Shown here: piece by piece, positions 8,829 through 17,784 of the stretch
Position numbering within the stretch: position 1 is the stretch's first letter
How the letters are laid out: every line of letters starts with the position of its first letter
Source of the DNA: Haloferax denitrificans ATCC 35960
Lineage (GTDB): Archaea > Halobacteriota > Halobacteria > Halobacteriales > Haloferacaceae
Direction: 5' to 3'
Length of the DNA stretch: 32,000 bases
Assembly: GCF_000337795.1 (NCBI RefSeq)
Contig: NZ_AOLP01000011.1
Coordinates: forward strand, 322,248-354,247
The notes under the pieces: model-generated
The model's database searches: none
The model's input: the letters and a program-made list of their open reading frames with translations, nothing else
What the model was told of the DNA's origin: nothing
Program-made: the position numbers and the translations under genes

Positions 8829-8899
8829 TGCGTCGGCTGGGATTTGAACCCAGGTTGTGACCATGGCAAGGTCACGTGATACCACTACACTACCGACGC
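8829..8899 (-). tRNA. tRNA-Gly (anticodon GCC), copy 1
   Basis: The reverse complement is GCGUCGGUAGUGUAGUGGUAUCACGUGACCUUGCCAUGGUCACAACCUGGGUUCAAAUCCCAGCCGACGCA. It folds as a cloverleaf with a 7-bp acceptor stem, anticodon loop UUGCCAU and T loop UUCAAAU. CCA is not encoded. Confidence 0.92.
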
Positions 8900-8911
8900 A
8901 TGTGGTGGAAG

Positions 8912-8982
8912 TGCGCTGGCTGGGATTTGAACCCAGGTTGTGACCATGGCAAGGTCACGTGATACCACTACACTACCAGCGC
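8912..8982 (-). tRNA. tRNA-Gly (anticodon GCC), copy 2
   Basis: Identical to copy 1 except for the acceptor stem (GCGCUGG/CCAGCGC instead of GCGUCGG/CCGACGC). A 12-nt spacer separates it from copy 1. Confidence 0.92.
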
Positions 8983-9032
8983 ATTCCGCGTGTATCGTGG
9001 CGTGCTACTGCGTTACTCGATAGTGTCGGGTT

Positions 9033-9043
9033 GATAAATAAGG
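9033..9043 (-). promoter_or_regulatory. candidate TATA box for the tRNA-Gly tandem
   Basis: The - strand reads CCTTATTTATCAA. This is the only AT-rich box upstream of tRNA copy 2 and would give a leader of about 25-30 nt. Orientation is ambiguous, so it could also fire rightward. Confidence 0.35.
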
Positions 9044-9212
9044 CTTGCGAAACGGGGGAGAAATCGGGCGACGGCGCGCCACCTGCTACCACGTGAGATT
9101 CGCCCTCGGCGACCTGTCGCCGACCGTGTAATTATGTACCACGCGACATTCGCCAATCTCCCGCAAACTGGGTCGTGGGACGCTCTATCACCCCAGAACG
9201 GATTCGCTACTC

Positions 9213-9220
9213 TTTTAGGT
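9213..9220 (+). promoter_or_regulatory. candidate TATA box for the SPOUT-rpl3 operon
   Basis: TTTTAGGT lies about 56 nt upstream of ATG 9272. This would give a short leader containing the SD-like GAGGATGA at 9257-9264. Confidence 0.3.
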
Positions 9221-9271
9221 AGGCCCCCGGTACAAACGCCACAGTCTAGACGAGACGAGGATGAACCCGGC

Positions 9272-10114
9272 ATGAAACTCAGCGTACTCGTGCCGTCCTC
9301 ACTCGTCCGGGAAGCCGAAGACAAACGCGAGGCAACTCGCAAACTCGGCTACGTCGCCCGCGCGGCGGCGGTCTTCCGGGCGAACGAACTCGTCGTCTTC
9401 CCCGACGAAGACGGCGAGAACAAGTGGGGCGGCGAGTTCGTCGAAACCGTACTTCGGTACGCCGCGACGCCTCCCTACCTCCGCAAGGAGGTCTGGGGCA
9501 AGCGCGACGAACTCCGCTACGCTGGTATCCTGCCGCCCGTTCTCGTCGCGTCTACGACCGCGGACGACTCCGACGAGTCGCCCGCGTTGCGAGAAGGAAT
9601 CGTGACCGAGGTCGGACCTGACGACCGCGTTCGGGTCAATTGCGGAATGCAACACCCGATCTCCCTGTTCGTCCCTCCCGGGATGGACCTCACAGAGGGA
9701 GAGCGCGTCGCTGTCAGGATCTCTTCGCGAGAACCGGTCCGTGCGCGGATCGTCGACGAGCCCCTTCCGGGCTTCGACGTATCCCGCATGGACCTCACGG
9801 AAGCACTCGGCAGGCCGGATGCGGGCGTGCGAATCGCCACGTCTCGCTATGGCGAACCGCTGTCGGTCCCCACATTGGGTGACCTGACGGCCCGCATCAC
9901 CGACGCCGGCGGTATGACCGTCGTCTTCGGGTCGCCGGGCCGTGGGCTTCCGGACATGCTCGGGATGTCTCCCGAGGATGTTGCAGACGTCGAACCTTCC
10001 GTTGGTCCGGGGTTCGACCTCTGGCTCAATACGATTCCGCGACAGGGAAGTGAGGTCGTGCGAACAGAAGAAGCGATGTTCGCCTCCCTCGCCTCCCTGA
10101 CACTCACGGAGTGA
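9272..10114 (+). CDS. SPOUT-superfamily putative RNA methyltransferase (DUF171/COG2106)
   Basis: The start is set at MKLSVLVPSSL. The segment TRKLGYVARAAAVFRANELVVF and the C-terminal IPRQGSEVVRTEEAMFASLA are typical of DUF171. This is the conserved gene immediately upstream of rpl3 in archaea. Confidence 0.75.
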   Translation: MKLSVLVPSSLVREAEDKREATRKLGYVARAAAVFRANELVVFPDEDGENKWGGEFVETVLRYAATPPYLRKEVWGKRDELRYAGILPPVLVASTTADDSDESPALREGIVTEVGPDDRVRVNCGMQHPISLFVPPGMDLTEGERVAVRISSREPVRARIVDEPLPGFDVSRMDLTEALGRPDAGVRIATSRYGEPLSVPTLGDLTARITDAGGMTVVFGSPGRGLPDMLGMSPEDVADVEPSVGPGFDLWLNTIPRQGSEVVRTEEAMFASLASLTLTE

Positions 10115-10118
10115 ATCC

Positions 10119-11135
10119 ATGCCACAACCAAGCAGACCACGAAAAGGCTCGATGGGCTTCAGCCCGCGCAAGCGAGCAGTCAAGGAGGTTCCACGCATCA
10201 AGTCGTGGCCGTCCGACGACGGCTCTCCCGCGCTGCAGGGCTTCGCCGGTTACAAGGCCGGTATGACCCACGTGATGATGGTCAACGACGAGGCAGACTC
10301 CCCCCGCGAAGGAATGGAGGAGTCCGTCCCGGTGACCGTCGTCGAGACGCCGCCGATGCGCGCCGTCGCCCTTCGCGCCTACGAGCAGACGCCGTACGGT
10401 ATGAAGCCGCAGACCGAGGTCTGGGCGGGCGAGTTCCACGACGAACTCGACCGCGTCCTCGACCTGCCGGCAGAAGACACGTTCGACTCGGACGCCGACG
10501 CGCTTCGCGAGGCCGTCGAGGCCGGCGAAGTCGATGACCTCCGCGTCATCACGCACACGGTGCCCTCCGAGCTCGCGAACGTGCCCAAGAAGAAGCCCGA
10601 CGTGATGGAGACTCGCGTCGGCGGCGGCTCCATGGTGGAGCGCGCCGACTTCGCCCTCGACCTCGTTGCCGAGGGCGGCGAACACGAGATGTCCGACGTG
10701 TTCCGCGCCGGCGAGTACCTCGACGCCGCGGGTGTCACGAAGGGTAAGGGTACGCAGGGTCCCGTCAAGCGATGGGGCGTCCAGAAGCGTAAGGGCAAGC
10801 ACGCCCGCCAGGGCTGGAGACGCCGTATTGGCAACCTCGGCCCCTGGAACCCGTCCCGTGTCCGCTCTACGGTTCCGCAACTCGGTCAGACTGGCTACCA
10901 CCAGCGCACCGAGCTCAACAAGCGCCTCATCGACCTCGGTGAGGGCGACGACGCCTCCGTCGACGGCGGCTTCGTCAACTACGGCGAGGTCGACGGCTCC
11001 TACGCGCTCATCAAGGGCTCGCTCCCGGGCCCCAACAAGCGCCTCCTGCGGTTCCGCCCGGCCATCCGGCCGAACGACCAGCCGCGCCTCGACCCCGAGG
11101 TGCGCTACGTCTCTACCGCATCGAACCAGGGTTAA
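10119..11135 (+). CDS. rpl3: 50S ribosomal protein uL3
   Basis: 338 aa with clear uL3 sequence (FAGYKAGMTHV, GKGTQGPVKRWG). It heads the conserved L3-L4-L23-L2 block. Confidence 0.97.
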   Translation: MPQPSRPRKGSMGFSPRKRAVKEVPRIKSWPSDDGSPALQGFAGYKAGMTHVMMVNDEADSPREGMEESVPVTVVETPPMRAVALRAYEQTPYGMKPQTEVWAGEFHDELDRVLDLPAEDTFDSDADALREAVEAGEVDDLRVITHTVPSELANVPKKKPDVMETRVGGGSMVERADFALDLVAEGGEHEMSDVFRAGEYLDAAGVTKGKGTQGPVKRWGVQKRKGKHARQGWRRRIGNLGPWNPSRVRSTVPQLGQTGYHQRTELNKRLIDLGEGDDASVDGGFVNYGEVDGSYALIKGSLPGPNKRLLRFRPAIRPNDQPRLDPEVRYVSTASNQG

Positions 11136-11138
11136 ACC

Positions 11139-11885
11139 ATGCAGGCAACTATCCGAGACCTGAACGGCGACGACGCGGGCAGTATCGACCTGCCCGAGGT
11201 CTTCGAGACGGCTTACCGTCCGGACCTCATCAAGCGTGCCGTCATCGCCGCGCAGGCAAACCGAAAACAGCCGTACGGTGCCGACCCCTACGCCGGACTT
11301 CGAACCCCGGCAGAGTCCATGGGCAGTGGCCGTGGGATGTCCCACGACCCACGCCAGAACGGCGTCGCCCGACGCGTCCCGCACGCCGTCTCCGGCCGCC
11401 GCGCTCACCCGCCGAAGGCCGAGAAGGACCAGGGGAAGGAGATCAACACGAAGGAGCGTAAGCTCGCCGTCCGCTCGGCGCTCGCCGCCACGACGGACCC
11501 CGAGCTGGTCGCCGAGCGCGGTCACCGCTTCGACGACGACGTCGAGCTCCCCCTCGTCGTCTCCGACGACTTCGAGGACCTCGTCAAGACGAAGGAGGTC
11601 GTCGACCTCCTGCAGTCCCTCGGCGTCTACGACGACATCGAGCGCTCCGAGGAGAACAAGAAGGTCAAGGGCGGCCAGGGCAAGCTCCGCGGTCGCAAGT
11701 ACACCCGTCCGAAGTCCATCCTCTTCGTGACGGCCGACGAGCCCTCGAAGGCCGCTCGCAACCTCGCGGGCGTCGACGTCGCCACCGCGGCGAACGTCTC
11801 CGCCGAGGACCTCGCGCCCGGCACCCACGCCGGTCGCCTCACGCTGTTCACCGAGAGCGCGCTCGAGGAGGTCGCAGAACGATGA
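11139..11885 (+). CDS. rpl4: 50S ribosomal protein uL4
   Basis: 248 aa. It starts 3 nt after the rpl3 stop, has a uL4-like core, and sits in the conserved position. Confidence 0.95.
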   Translation: MQATIRDLNGDDAGSIDLPEVFETAYRPDLIKRAVIAAQANRKQPYGADPYAGLRTPAESMGSGRGMSHDPRQNGVARRVPHAVSGRRAHPPKAEKDQGKEINTKERKLAVRSALAATTDPELVAERGHRFDDDVELPLVVSDDFEDLVKTKEVVDLLQSLGVYDDIERSEENKKVKGGQGKLRGRKYTRPKSILFVTADEPSKAARNLAGVDVATAANVSAEDLAPGTHAGRLTLFTESALEEVAER

Positions 11886-12133
11886 GCATCATCGAACACC
11901 CGCTGGTCACGGAGAAGGCGATGAACCAGATGGACTTCGACAACAAGCTCCAGTTCATCGTCCACATCGACTCGACGAAGTCCGACGTCAAGTCGGAAGT
12001 CGAGTCGCGCTACGACGTGACCGTCGAGAAGGTCAACACGCAGGTCACGATGAAAGGCAAAAAGAAAGCAACAGTTCGTCTCTCTGAAGACGACGACGCG
12101 CAGGAAGTCGCGTCGCGTATCGGGGTGTTCTAA
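11882..12133 (+). CDS. rpl23: 50S ribosomal protein uL23
   Basis: 83 aa. It has an ATGA overlap with rpl4, the N-terminus HPLVTEKAM, and the conserved position. Confidence 0.95.
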   Translation: MSIIEHPLVTEKAMNQMDFDNKLQFIVHIDSTKSDVKSEVESRYDVTVEKVNTQVTMKGKKKATVRLSEDDDAQEVASRIGVF

Positions 12134-12135
12134 CC

Positions 12136-12861
12136 ATGGGACGCCGAATTCAGGGCCAGCGTCGCGGTCGCGGTACGTCCACGTTCCGGGCGCCGTCGCA
12201 CCGCTACAAGGCCGAACTGTCGCACAAGAAGTCCGAAGACAAAGACACCATCTCGGGTACGGTCGTCGGCATCGAGCACGACCCCGCACGCAGTGCGCCC
12301 ATCGCCCTCGTCGAGTTCGAGGACGAACAGCGCATGATTCTCGCGCCCGAGGGCATCAGCGTCGGCGAAGAGCTTCAGATCGGCGTCTCCGCCGAAATCA
12401 AGCCCGGCAACACCCTGCCGCTCGCCGAGATTCCCGAGGGTGTCCCCGTCTGTAACGTCGAGCACCAGCCCGGCGACGGCGGGAAGTTCGCCCGCGCCTC
12501 CGGCGTGAGCGCGCAGCTGCTCTCGCACGACCGCAAGGTCGCTATCGTGAAGCTCCCGTCGGGCGAGGTCAAGCGCCTCAACCCCAACTGCCGAGCCACC
12601 ATCGGCGTCGTCGCCGGTGGCGGACGCACGGAGAAGCCGTTCGTCAAGGCAGGCAAGAAGTACCACAAGATGAAAGCGCGCGGTATCAAGTGGCCGCGCG
12701 TGCGTGGTGTTGCTATGAACGCCGTCGACCACCCGTTCGGTGGCGGCGGCCGGCAGCACCCCGGTCAGCCGAAGTCCGTCTCGCGGAACGCTCCGCCGGG
12801 CCGGAAGGTCGGTGACATCGCCTCCAAACGCACCGGTCGCGGTGGCAAGGGAGGTAAGTAA
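12136..12861 (+). CDS. rpl2: 50S ribosomal protein uL2
   Basis: 241 aa with the uL2 signature [15 protein letters not shown]. Confidence 0.97.
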   Translation: MGRRIQGQRRGRGTSTFRAPSHRYKAELSHKKSEDKDTISGTVVGIEHDPARSAPIALVEFEDEQRMILAPEGISVGEELQIGVSAEIKPGNTLPLAEIPEGVPVCNVEHQPGDGGKFARASGVSAQLLSHDRKVAIVKLPSGEVKRLNPNCRATIGVVAGGGRTEKPFVKAGKKYHKMKARGIKWPRVRGVAMNAVDHPFGGGGRQHPGQPKSVSRNAPPGRKVGDIASKRTGRGGKGGK

Positions 12862-12863
12862 CC

Positions 12864-13286
12864 ATGAGTACGCAATACCGCACCGGCCGCGAAGGTGAGT
12901 TCACCTACCGCGGCCACACGCTCGACGAGCTGCAGGAGATGGAGCTCGACGAGGTCGCGGAACTGCTCCCCGCTCGTCAGCGGCGAACCATCACCCGAGG
13001 CCTGTCGGCCGAGCACGAGAAACTGCTCGCGAAGGCTCAGGAGAAGACGGAAGAGGAGACGGCCAACGCGCCCATTCGAACGCACCTGCGCGACATGCCG
13101 ATTCTCCCCGAACTCGTCGGACTCACCTTCGCCGTCTACACCGGTCAGGAGTTCGAGCGCACCCAGATTCAGCCCGAGATGATCGGTCACTACCTGGGCG
13201 AGTTCCAGCTGACCCGTAGCTCGGTCGAGCACGGTCAGGCCGGTATCGGCGCGACCCGGTCTTCGAAGTTCGTGCCCCTCAAGTAA
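12864..13286 (+). CDS. rps19: 30S ribosomal protein uS19
   Basis: 140 aa, uS19-like (VYTGQEF, GHYLGEF), in the conserved position. Confidence 0.96.
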   Translation: MSTQYRTGREGEFTYRGHTLDELQEMELDEVAELLPARQRRTITRGLSAEHEKLLAKAQEKTEEETANAPIRTHLRDMPILPELVGLTFAVYTGQEFERTQIQPEMIGHYLGEFQLTRSSVEHGQAGIGATRSSKFVPLK

Positions 13287-13289
13287 ACC

Positions 13290-13751
13290 ATGGGAATCAA
13301 CTACAGCGTCGAGGCCGACCCGGACACCACGGCCAAGGGTATGCTCCGGGACCGGCCCATCAGCATCAAGCACAGCAAGGCCATCTCCCGCGCCATCAAG
13401 GGGATGCCCGTCGCCGACGCAGAGGAGTACCTCGAAGCCGTCATCGACGGCGAGCGGTCGGTTCCGTTCAAGCAGCACAACTCCGGCGTCGGTCACCGAA
13501 GCGACATCGACGGCTGGGACGCGGGACGGTACCCCGAGAAGGCGTCCAAGGCGTTCCTCGAACTCCTCGAAAACGTTCGCAACAACGCGACCGAACAGGG
13601 GTTCGACGGACCGGCCATGGAGATCAAGCACGTCGCCGCCCACAAGGTCGGCGAGCGTCAGGGTCGCAAGCCCCGTGCCTTCGGTCGGGCGGACCCGTGG
13701 AACACCCCAATCTGTGACGTCGAACTCATCATCGAAGAGGTCGAGGAATAA
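13290..13751 (+). CDS. rpl22: 50S ribosomal protein uL22
   Basis: 153 aa, uL22-like, in the conserved position between rps19 and rps3. Confidence 0.95.
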   Translation: MGINYSVEADPDTTAKGMLRDRPISIKHSKAISRAIKGMPVADAEEYLEAVIDGERSVPFKQHNSGVGHRSDIDGWDAGRYPEKASKAFLELLENVRNNATEQGFDGPAMEIKHVAAHKVGERQGRKPRAFGRADPWNTPICDVELIIEEVEE

Positions 13752-14662
13752 TGGCTGACGAACACCAATTCATCGAGAACGGACTGCAGCGGTCCCAGAT
13801 CGACGAGTTCTTCGCAGAAGAGCTCGGTCGAGCGGGCTACGGCGGCATGGACGTCGCCAAGACGCCGATGGGCACCCAGATCGTGCTCAAGGCCGAAAAG
13901 CCCGGGATGGTCATCGGGAAAGGCGGGAAGAACATCCGCAAGGTCACCCGCGAACTCGAAGAGCGATTCAACCTCGACGACCCCCAGATCGACGTGCAGG
14001 AAGTCGACGAGCCGGACCTCAACGCCCGGATCGTCGCCGACCGCCTCGCCAACGCGCTCGAACGCGGCTGGTACTTCCGTAAGGCGGGCCACACGACCAT
14101 CGACCGCATCATGGACGCCGGCGCCCTCGGTGCCGAAATCGTCCTCTCCGGAAAGGTCACGGGCGCTCGCTCCCGCGTGGAGAAGTTCAACCGCGGCTAC
14201 ATCAAGCACAACGGCGAGCCCGCACAGGAGATCGTCGACGAGGGTCAGGGCGTCGCAGTCATGAAGCTCGGCACCATCGGCGTGACGGTCAAGATCATCC
14301 CGCCGGGTGCGCGACTCCCCGACGACTTCGAAGTCGAGGAAGACGCCAACCCCGAGGCGGTCGAACAGATCGAAGAGACCGAAAGCGTCGAGGACCTCCT
14401 CGAAGAGGAGCCGGAGGAAGTTCCGGACGTCTCCGAGGAGGACGACGCCGAGACGGACGCAGTCGACGAAGACGTCGTCGAGGAAGCGGCCGTCGAAGCG
14501 GTCGAAGAGGAAGTCGTCGACGACGACGCCGACGACGAGGACGAAGAAGCCGTCGAGGAAGTCGTCGACGACGACGAAGAACTCGACGAAGACGTCGCCG
14601 AAGAGGCGGCCGACCTCGTCTCGGAGATGGAAGACGAAGACGACGAAACGGAGGAAGAATAA
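13751..14662 (+). CDS. rps3: 30S ribosomal protein uS3 with a long acidic C-terminal tail
   Basis: 303 aa with a KH motif ([13 protein letters not shown]). The last 95 or so residues are almost entirely D/E/V/A. Confidence 0.96.
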   Translation: MADEHQFIENGLQRSQIDEFFAEELGRAGYGGMDVAKTPMGTQIVLKAEKPGMVIGKGGKNIRKVTRELEERFNLDDPQIDVQEVDEPDLNARIVADRLANALERGWYFRKAGHTTIDRIMDAGALGAEIVLSGKVTGARSRVEKFNRGYIKHNGEPAQEIVDEGQGVAVMKLGTIGVTVKIIPPGARLPDDFEVEEDANPEAVEQIEETESVEDLLEEEPEEVPDVSEEDDAETDAVDEDVVEEAAVEAVEEEVVDDDADDEDEEAVEEVVDDDEELDEDVAEEAADLVSEMEDEDDETEEE

Positions 14663-14875
14663 ATGGCGATCCTCTACACCGAAGAGATTCGCGACATGAC
14701 GCCCGCAGAGCGCACCGCCGAGCTCGAAGAGCTCGAGACGGAACTGCTCAACGCGAAGGCCGTTCAGGCCGCGGGTGGCGCGCCGGAGAACCCCGGCCGC
14801 GTCTCTGAACTGAAAAAGACCATCGCCCGAATCAAGACGATTCAGGGCGAAGAAGGCGACCTCGACGAAGAATAA
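14663..14875 (+). CDS. rpl29: 50S ribosomal protein uL29
   Basis: 70 aa. It starts directly after the rps3 stop and sits in the conserved position. Confidence 0.93.
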   Translation: MAILYTEEIRDMTPAERTAELEELETELLNAKAVQAAGGAPENPGRVSELKKTIARIKTIQGEEGDLDEE

Positions 14876-15306
14876 TGCCACTCACACCCGAGACCCTCAC
14901 GCGACACGAACTCAACGGCCTCCACGTGGAGGTCGTCGACGCGGCGAACCCCGACCTCGTCGGGATAGCCGGTCGCATCGTCGTCGAGACGATGCACACG
15001 TTCATGCTCGACGACGGGTCTCGGGTGCGGCAGGTGCCGAAACGAGGGGCGACCTTCGAATTTGCAATTCCGCGTACAGATGAAGCCGCCGGCGCCGCGA
15101 AGGCGTCGGGGACCGCGTCCAAACTTCGGTCGGATACTACTGGCGGATTTGATGCCAGTCAGTCTGGCCGGCTCGCCGACTCATCATCGGCGGCTTCCCG
15201 TTCCGGGAATTGCGAGGGCGTGGCCTACGTTACGGTGGATGGCGCACAACTGCTCTCACGACCCGCCCTGCGCACCGAAACTACAGGTGACTCGAAATGG
15301 CGATAG
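14875..15306 (+). CDS. rnp1: RNase P protein component 1 (Rpp29/Pop4 homolog) with an internal low-complexity insert
   Basis: 143 aa. This is the conserved archaeal slot between rpl29 and rps17. The N-terminal part ([27 protein letters not shown]) and the C-terminal part ([12 protein letters not shown]) look Rpp29-like. Confidence 0.8.
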   Translation: MPLTPETLTRHELNGLHVEVVDAANPDLVGIAGRIVVETMHTFMLDDGSRVRQVPKRGATFEFAIPRTDEAAGAAKASGTASKLRSDTTGGFDASQSGRLADSSSAASRSGNCEGVAYVTVDGAQLLSRPALRTETTGDSKWR

Positions 15307-15641
15307 GACTTGACGTTCCAATGCCTCCGGAACCTGACGATTCCGAGGCTTACGACTACGAAAAATGTCCGTTCTACGGCTCGCTCTCCGTCCGGGGTCA
15401 GACCCTGGAGGGGACGGTCGTCTCGACGGACATGGCAAAGACCGTCATCGTCGAGCGGGAGTACGACGTATTCGTTCCGAAGTACGACCGCTACATGAAG
15501 CGACGTTCCCGCATCCCGGCACACGTGCCGGGCGTGCTCGACGACGTCGCTGTCGGTGACGAAGTAACGATTGCGGAGACCCGACCTCTCTCGAAGACGA
15601 AATCCCACGTCGTCGTCGAGATTATCGGAGGTGACGAGTGA
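15297..15641 (+). CDS. rps17: 30S ribosomal protein uS17
   Basis: 114 aa, uS17-like ([24 protein letters not shown]). It overlaps the rnp1 end by 10 nt. Confidence 0.96.
   Translation: MAIGLDVPMPPEPDDSEAYDYEKCPFYGSLSVRGQTLEGTVVSTDMAKTVIVEREYDVFVPKYDRYMKRRSRIPAHVPGVLDDVAVGDEVTIAETRPLSKTKSHVVVEIIGGDE
15627..15634 (+). promoter_or_regulatory. Shine-Dalgarno-like site for rpl14 (one example of many within the operon)
   Basis: GGAGGTGA lies 6 nt upstream of ATG 15641, inside the rps17 3' end. Similar GGAGG/GGTGA fragments precede rps4e, rpl5, rps14, rps5, rpl30, rpl15 and secY. Confidence 0.6.
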
Positions 15642-16039
15642 TGGAAGCGCTCAAAGCGGACATCACCAAGGGTGTCGCCCGTGGCTCGCTGGTCACGTGC
15701 GCCGACAACACCGGCGCTCGTGAACTGAAGATTATCAGCGTCGCGGGTTACTCCGGCACGAAGAACCGCCACCCCAAGGCAGGCATCGGGGACAAGGTGA
15801 CCGTTTCTGTCACCAAAGGTACCCCCGAGATGCGCCGCCAGGTGCTCGAAGCGGTCATCGTCCGCCAGCGGAAATCCATCCGCCGGCCCGATGGCACGCG
15901 TGTGAAGTTCGAGGACAACGCCGCCGTCATCATCGACGAGATGGAAGAGCCTCGCGGGACCGAAATCAAGGGTCCCGTCGCACGCGAAGTCGCCGAGCGC
16001 TTCGGGAGTATCGCATCGACGGCTACGATGATCGTATAG
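15641..16039 (+). CDS. rpl14: 50S ribosomal protein uL14
   Basis: 132 aa starting at MEALKAD. The ORF track begins one codon earlier, at the GTG at 15638. The protein is uL14-like ([15 protein letters not shown]). Confidence 0.96.
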   Translation: MEALKADITKGVARGSLVTCADNTGARELKIISVAGYSGTKNRHPKAGIGDKVTVSVTKGTPEMRRQVLEAVIVRQRKSIRRPDGTRVKFEDNAAVIIDEMEEPRGTEIKGPVAREVAERFGSIASTATMIV

Positions 16040-16040
16040 T

Positions 16041-16397
16041 ATGACTCGACAACCGCGCAAACAGCGAACCCAGATTCGCGACGCGCCGCTCCACGAGCGG
16101 CAAAAGCAGGTCCGCGCACCGCTGTCGGCCGACCTCCGCGAGGAGTACGGCAACCGTAACGTCCGCGTCAACGCGGGCGACACGGTCGAGGTGCTCCGCG
16201 GCGACTTCGCCGGCGACGAAGGCGAAGTCACCGAGGTCGACCTCACGGACGCCGTCATCTACGTCGACGGCGTCACCGTTGAGAAAGCCGACGGCGAGGA
16301 GGCCCCACGCCCCCTTCAGGCCAGTAACGTCCGCGTGACGGAACTGGACCTCGAAGACGACGTGCGCGAGGCCCGACTCAAGGAGGATAACGAATGA
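16041..16397 (+). CDS. rpl24: 50S ribosomal protein uL24
   Basis: 118 aa with a KOW-type core ([18 protein letters not shown]), in the conserved position. Confidence 0.95.
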   Translation: MTRQPRKQRTQIRDAPLHERQKQVRAPLSADLREEYGNRNVRVNAGDTVEVLRGDFAGDEGEVTEVDLTDAVIYVDGVTVEKADGEEAPRPLQASNVRVTELDLEDDVREARLKEDNE

Positions 16398-17095
16398 CTC
16401 GACACCAGAAGCGACTGTCCGTACCGAAGTCCTGGCCGGTCGAGCGCAAGACAGGCACGTTCACGGTCAAGGCCGGAGCGGGTCCGCACGGCGAGGCGGG
16501 GGTTCCCCTCATCATCGTCCTGCGCGACGTGCTCGGCTACGTTGACTCGAAGAAGGAGGCCCAGTACGCCCTCAACCACCAGAGTATTCTGGTCAACGGC
16601 GACGTGGCCTCCGACGTCCGCCGTCCCATCGGGATGTTCGACATCCTGGCGTTCGTCCAGCGAGAGGAGTACTACCGCGTCTTCCCCGACGAGGGAGGCC
16701 GCCTGGCGCTGACGCCCATCGACGCCGACTCGGCATCCAGCCGTCTCGGCAAGATCGTGAACAAGACGCAGGTCAGCGGTGGCGACTTCCAGCTGACGCT
16801 CCACGACGGAGCGACCCTCATCGTCGAGGACGCCTCGGAGTACAGCGGCAAGGACTCCATCGTCGTCGACAACGAGACGAAGGACGTCGTCGCGCACTTC
16901 CCCTACGAGGAAGGCGCACTCGTCACGGCCGTCAACGGCCAGCACGCCGGCGAGATCGGCGAGGTCACCGAGATCATCGTCACGCCCGGAAGCGGAAACA
17001 ACTCCGTTGTCGTCGAGACCGAAGACGGCGAGTTCGAGACGGTCGAACAGTACGTCGTCGTCATCGACGAGAACTTCACGGGTGATGACGAATGA
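16394..17095 (+). CDS. rps4e: 30S ribosomal protein eS4
   Basis: 233 aa with the N-terminus [16 protein letters not shown] typical of eS4. It has an ATGA overlap with rpl24. Confidence 0.96.
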   Translation: MTRHQKRLSVPKSWPVERKTGTFTVKAGAGPHGEAGVPLIIVLRDVLGYVDSKKEAQYALNHQSILVNGDVASDVRRPIGMFDILAFVQREEYYRVFPDEGGRLALTPIDADSASSRLGKIVNKTQVSGGDFQLTLHDGATLIVEDASEYSGKDSIVVDNETKDVVAHFPYEEGALVTAVNGQHAGEIGEVTEIIVTPGSGNNSVVVETEDGEFETVEQYVVVIDENFTGDDE

Positions 17096-17610
17096 GCGAG
17101 GCTGACTTCCACGCGATGCGCGACCCGCGCATCGAGAAGGTCGTCGTCCACATGGGCGTCGGCGAAGGTGGTCGCGAACTCGCCAAGGCCGAGGACATCC
17201 TCGAGGAGATTACCGGTCAGGAGAGCGTTCGCACGATCTCCGGCCGCGCCTCGCAGGACTTCGGCGTTCGCCGCGGCGAACCCGTCGGCGCGAAGGTCAC
17301 CCTCCGCGGTGACACCGCCGTCGAGTTCCTCGAAACCGCACTCCCCATCGCGGACCTCTCGGTCTCGTCGTTCGACGAGACTGGCAACTTCGGCTTCGGC
17401 GTCGAAGAGCACACGGAGTTCCCGAGCCAGGAGTACGACCCGCAGATCGGTATCTACGGGCTGGACGTGACGGTCAACCTCGTCCGCCCCGGCTACCGAG
17501 TGAAAAAGCGCGACAAGCGTTCCCGCCAGATTCCGTCGTCCCACCGGATGACCGTCGAGGACGCCGTCGCGTTCATCGAGTCCACGTTCGACGTGGAGGT
17601 TGAAGAATGA
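17092..17610 (+). CDS. rpl5: 50S ribosomal protein uL5
   Basis: 172 aa, uL5-like, with an ATGA overlap with rps4e. Confidence 0.96.
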   Translation: MSEADFHAMRDPRIEKVVVHMGVGEGGRELAKAEDILEEITGQESVRTISGRASQDFGVRRGEPVGAKVTLRGDTAVEFLETALPIADLSVSSFDETGNFGFGVEEHTEFPSQEYDPQIGIYGLDVTVNLVRPGYRVKKRDKRSRQIPSSHRMTVEDAVAFIESTFDVEVEE

Positions 17611-17783
17611 GCGATAGCGAAACAGAACAGACGGGCGAGCACGCGTCCCGCCGCACCGGCCAGGAGAACGAGTGCCGGCGCTGCGGTCGAAAACAGGGAC
17701 TTGTCAGTAAGTACGACATCAACCTGTGCCGCCAGTGCTTCCGAGAGATCGCCCGCGAGATGGGATTCAAGAAGTACCGATAA
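17607..17783 (+). CDS. rps14: 30S ribosomal protein uS14 (zinc-binding type)
   Basis: It is not in the ORF track because it is only 58 aa. My translation is [58 protein letters not shown]. It has CxxC...CxxC motifs and an ATGA overlap with rpl5. Confidence 0.93.
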   Translation: MSDSETEQTGEHASRRTGQENECRRCGRKQGLVSKYDINLCRQCFREIAREMGFKKYR

Positions 17784-17784
17784 A

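Noticed and set aside
9013-9342. A 109-aa - strand ORF, and the N-terminal extension of the + strand ORF starting at 9134, in the tRNA/operon intergenic region.
   Set aside because: Neither shows family resemblance or third-position G/C bias. The DUF171 protein family begins at the MKLSVLVPSS motif (9272). The region is better explained as non-coding promoter or leader DNA.
10104-11828. A 574-aa ORF antisense to rpl3/rpl4. Similar long antisense or out-of-frame ORFs occur at 13658..14881, 21707..23560, 22573..24501, 468..1784, 2812..4122, 4828..6045, 6062..7438, 26345..27595, 26794..27942 and 30676..31800.
   Set aside because: They overlap genes with unmistakable conserved products. Their translations are monotonous Arg/Gly/Pro/Ala/Asp strings. 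Stop-free alternative frames are expected in DNA this GC-rich. They are shadow ORFs, not genes or a hidden system.
14290-14662. Highly repetitive GAC/GAA/GTC-rich DNA that looks like a tandem repeat array.
   Set aside because: It is in frame within rps3 and encodes the acidic C-terminal tail typical of halophile ribosomal proteins. Similar tails occur on rpl15 and in the rpl32e linker. It has no spacer-repeat periodicity and is not a CRISPR array or satellite.
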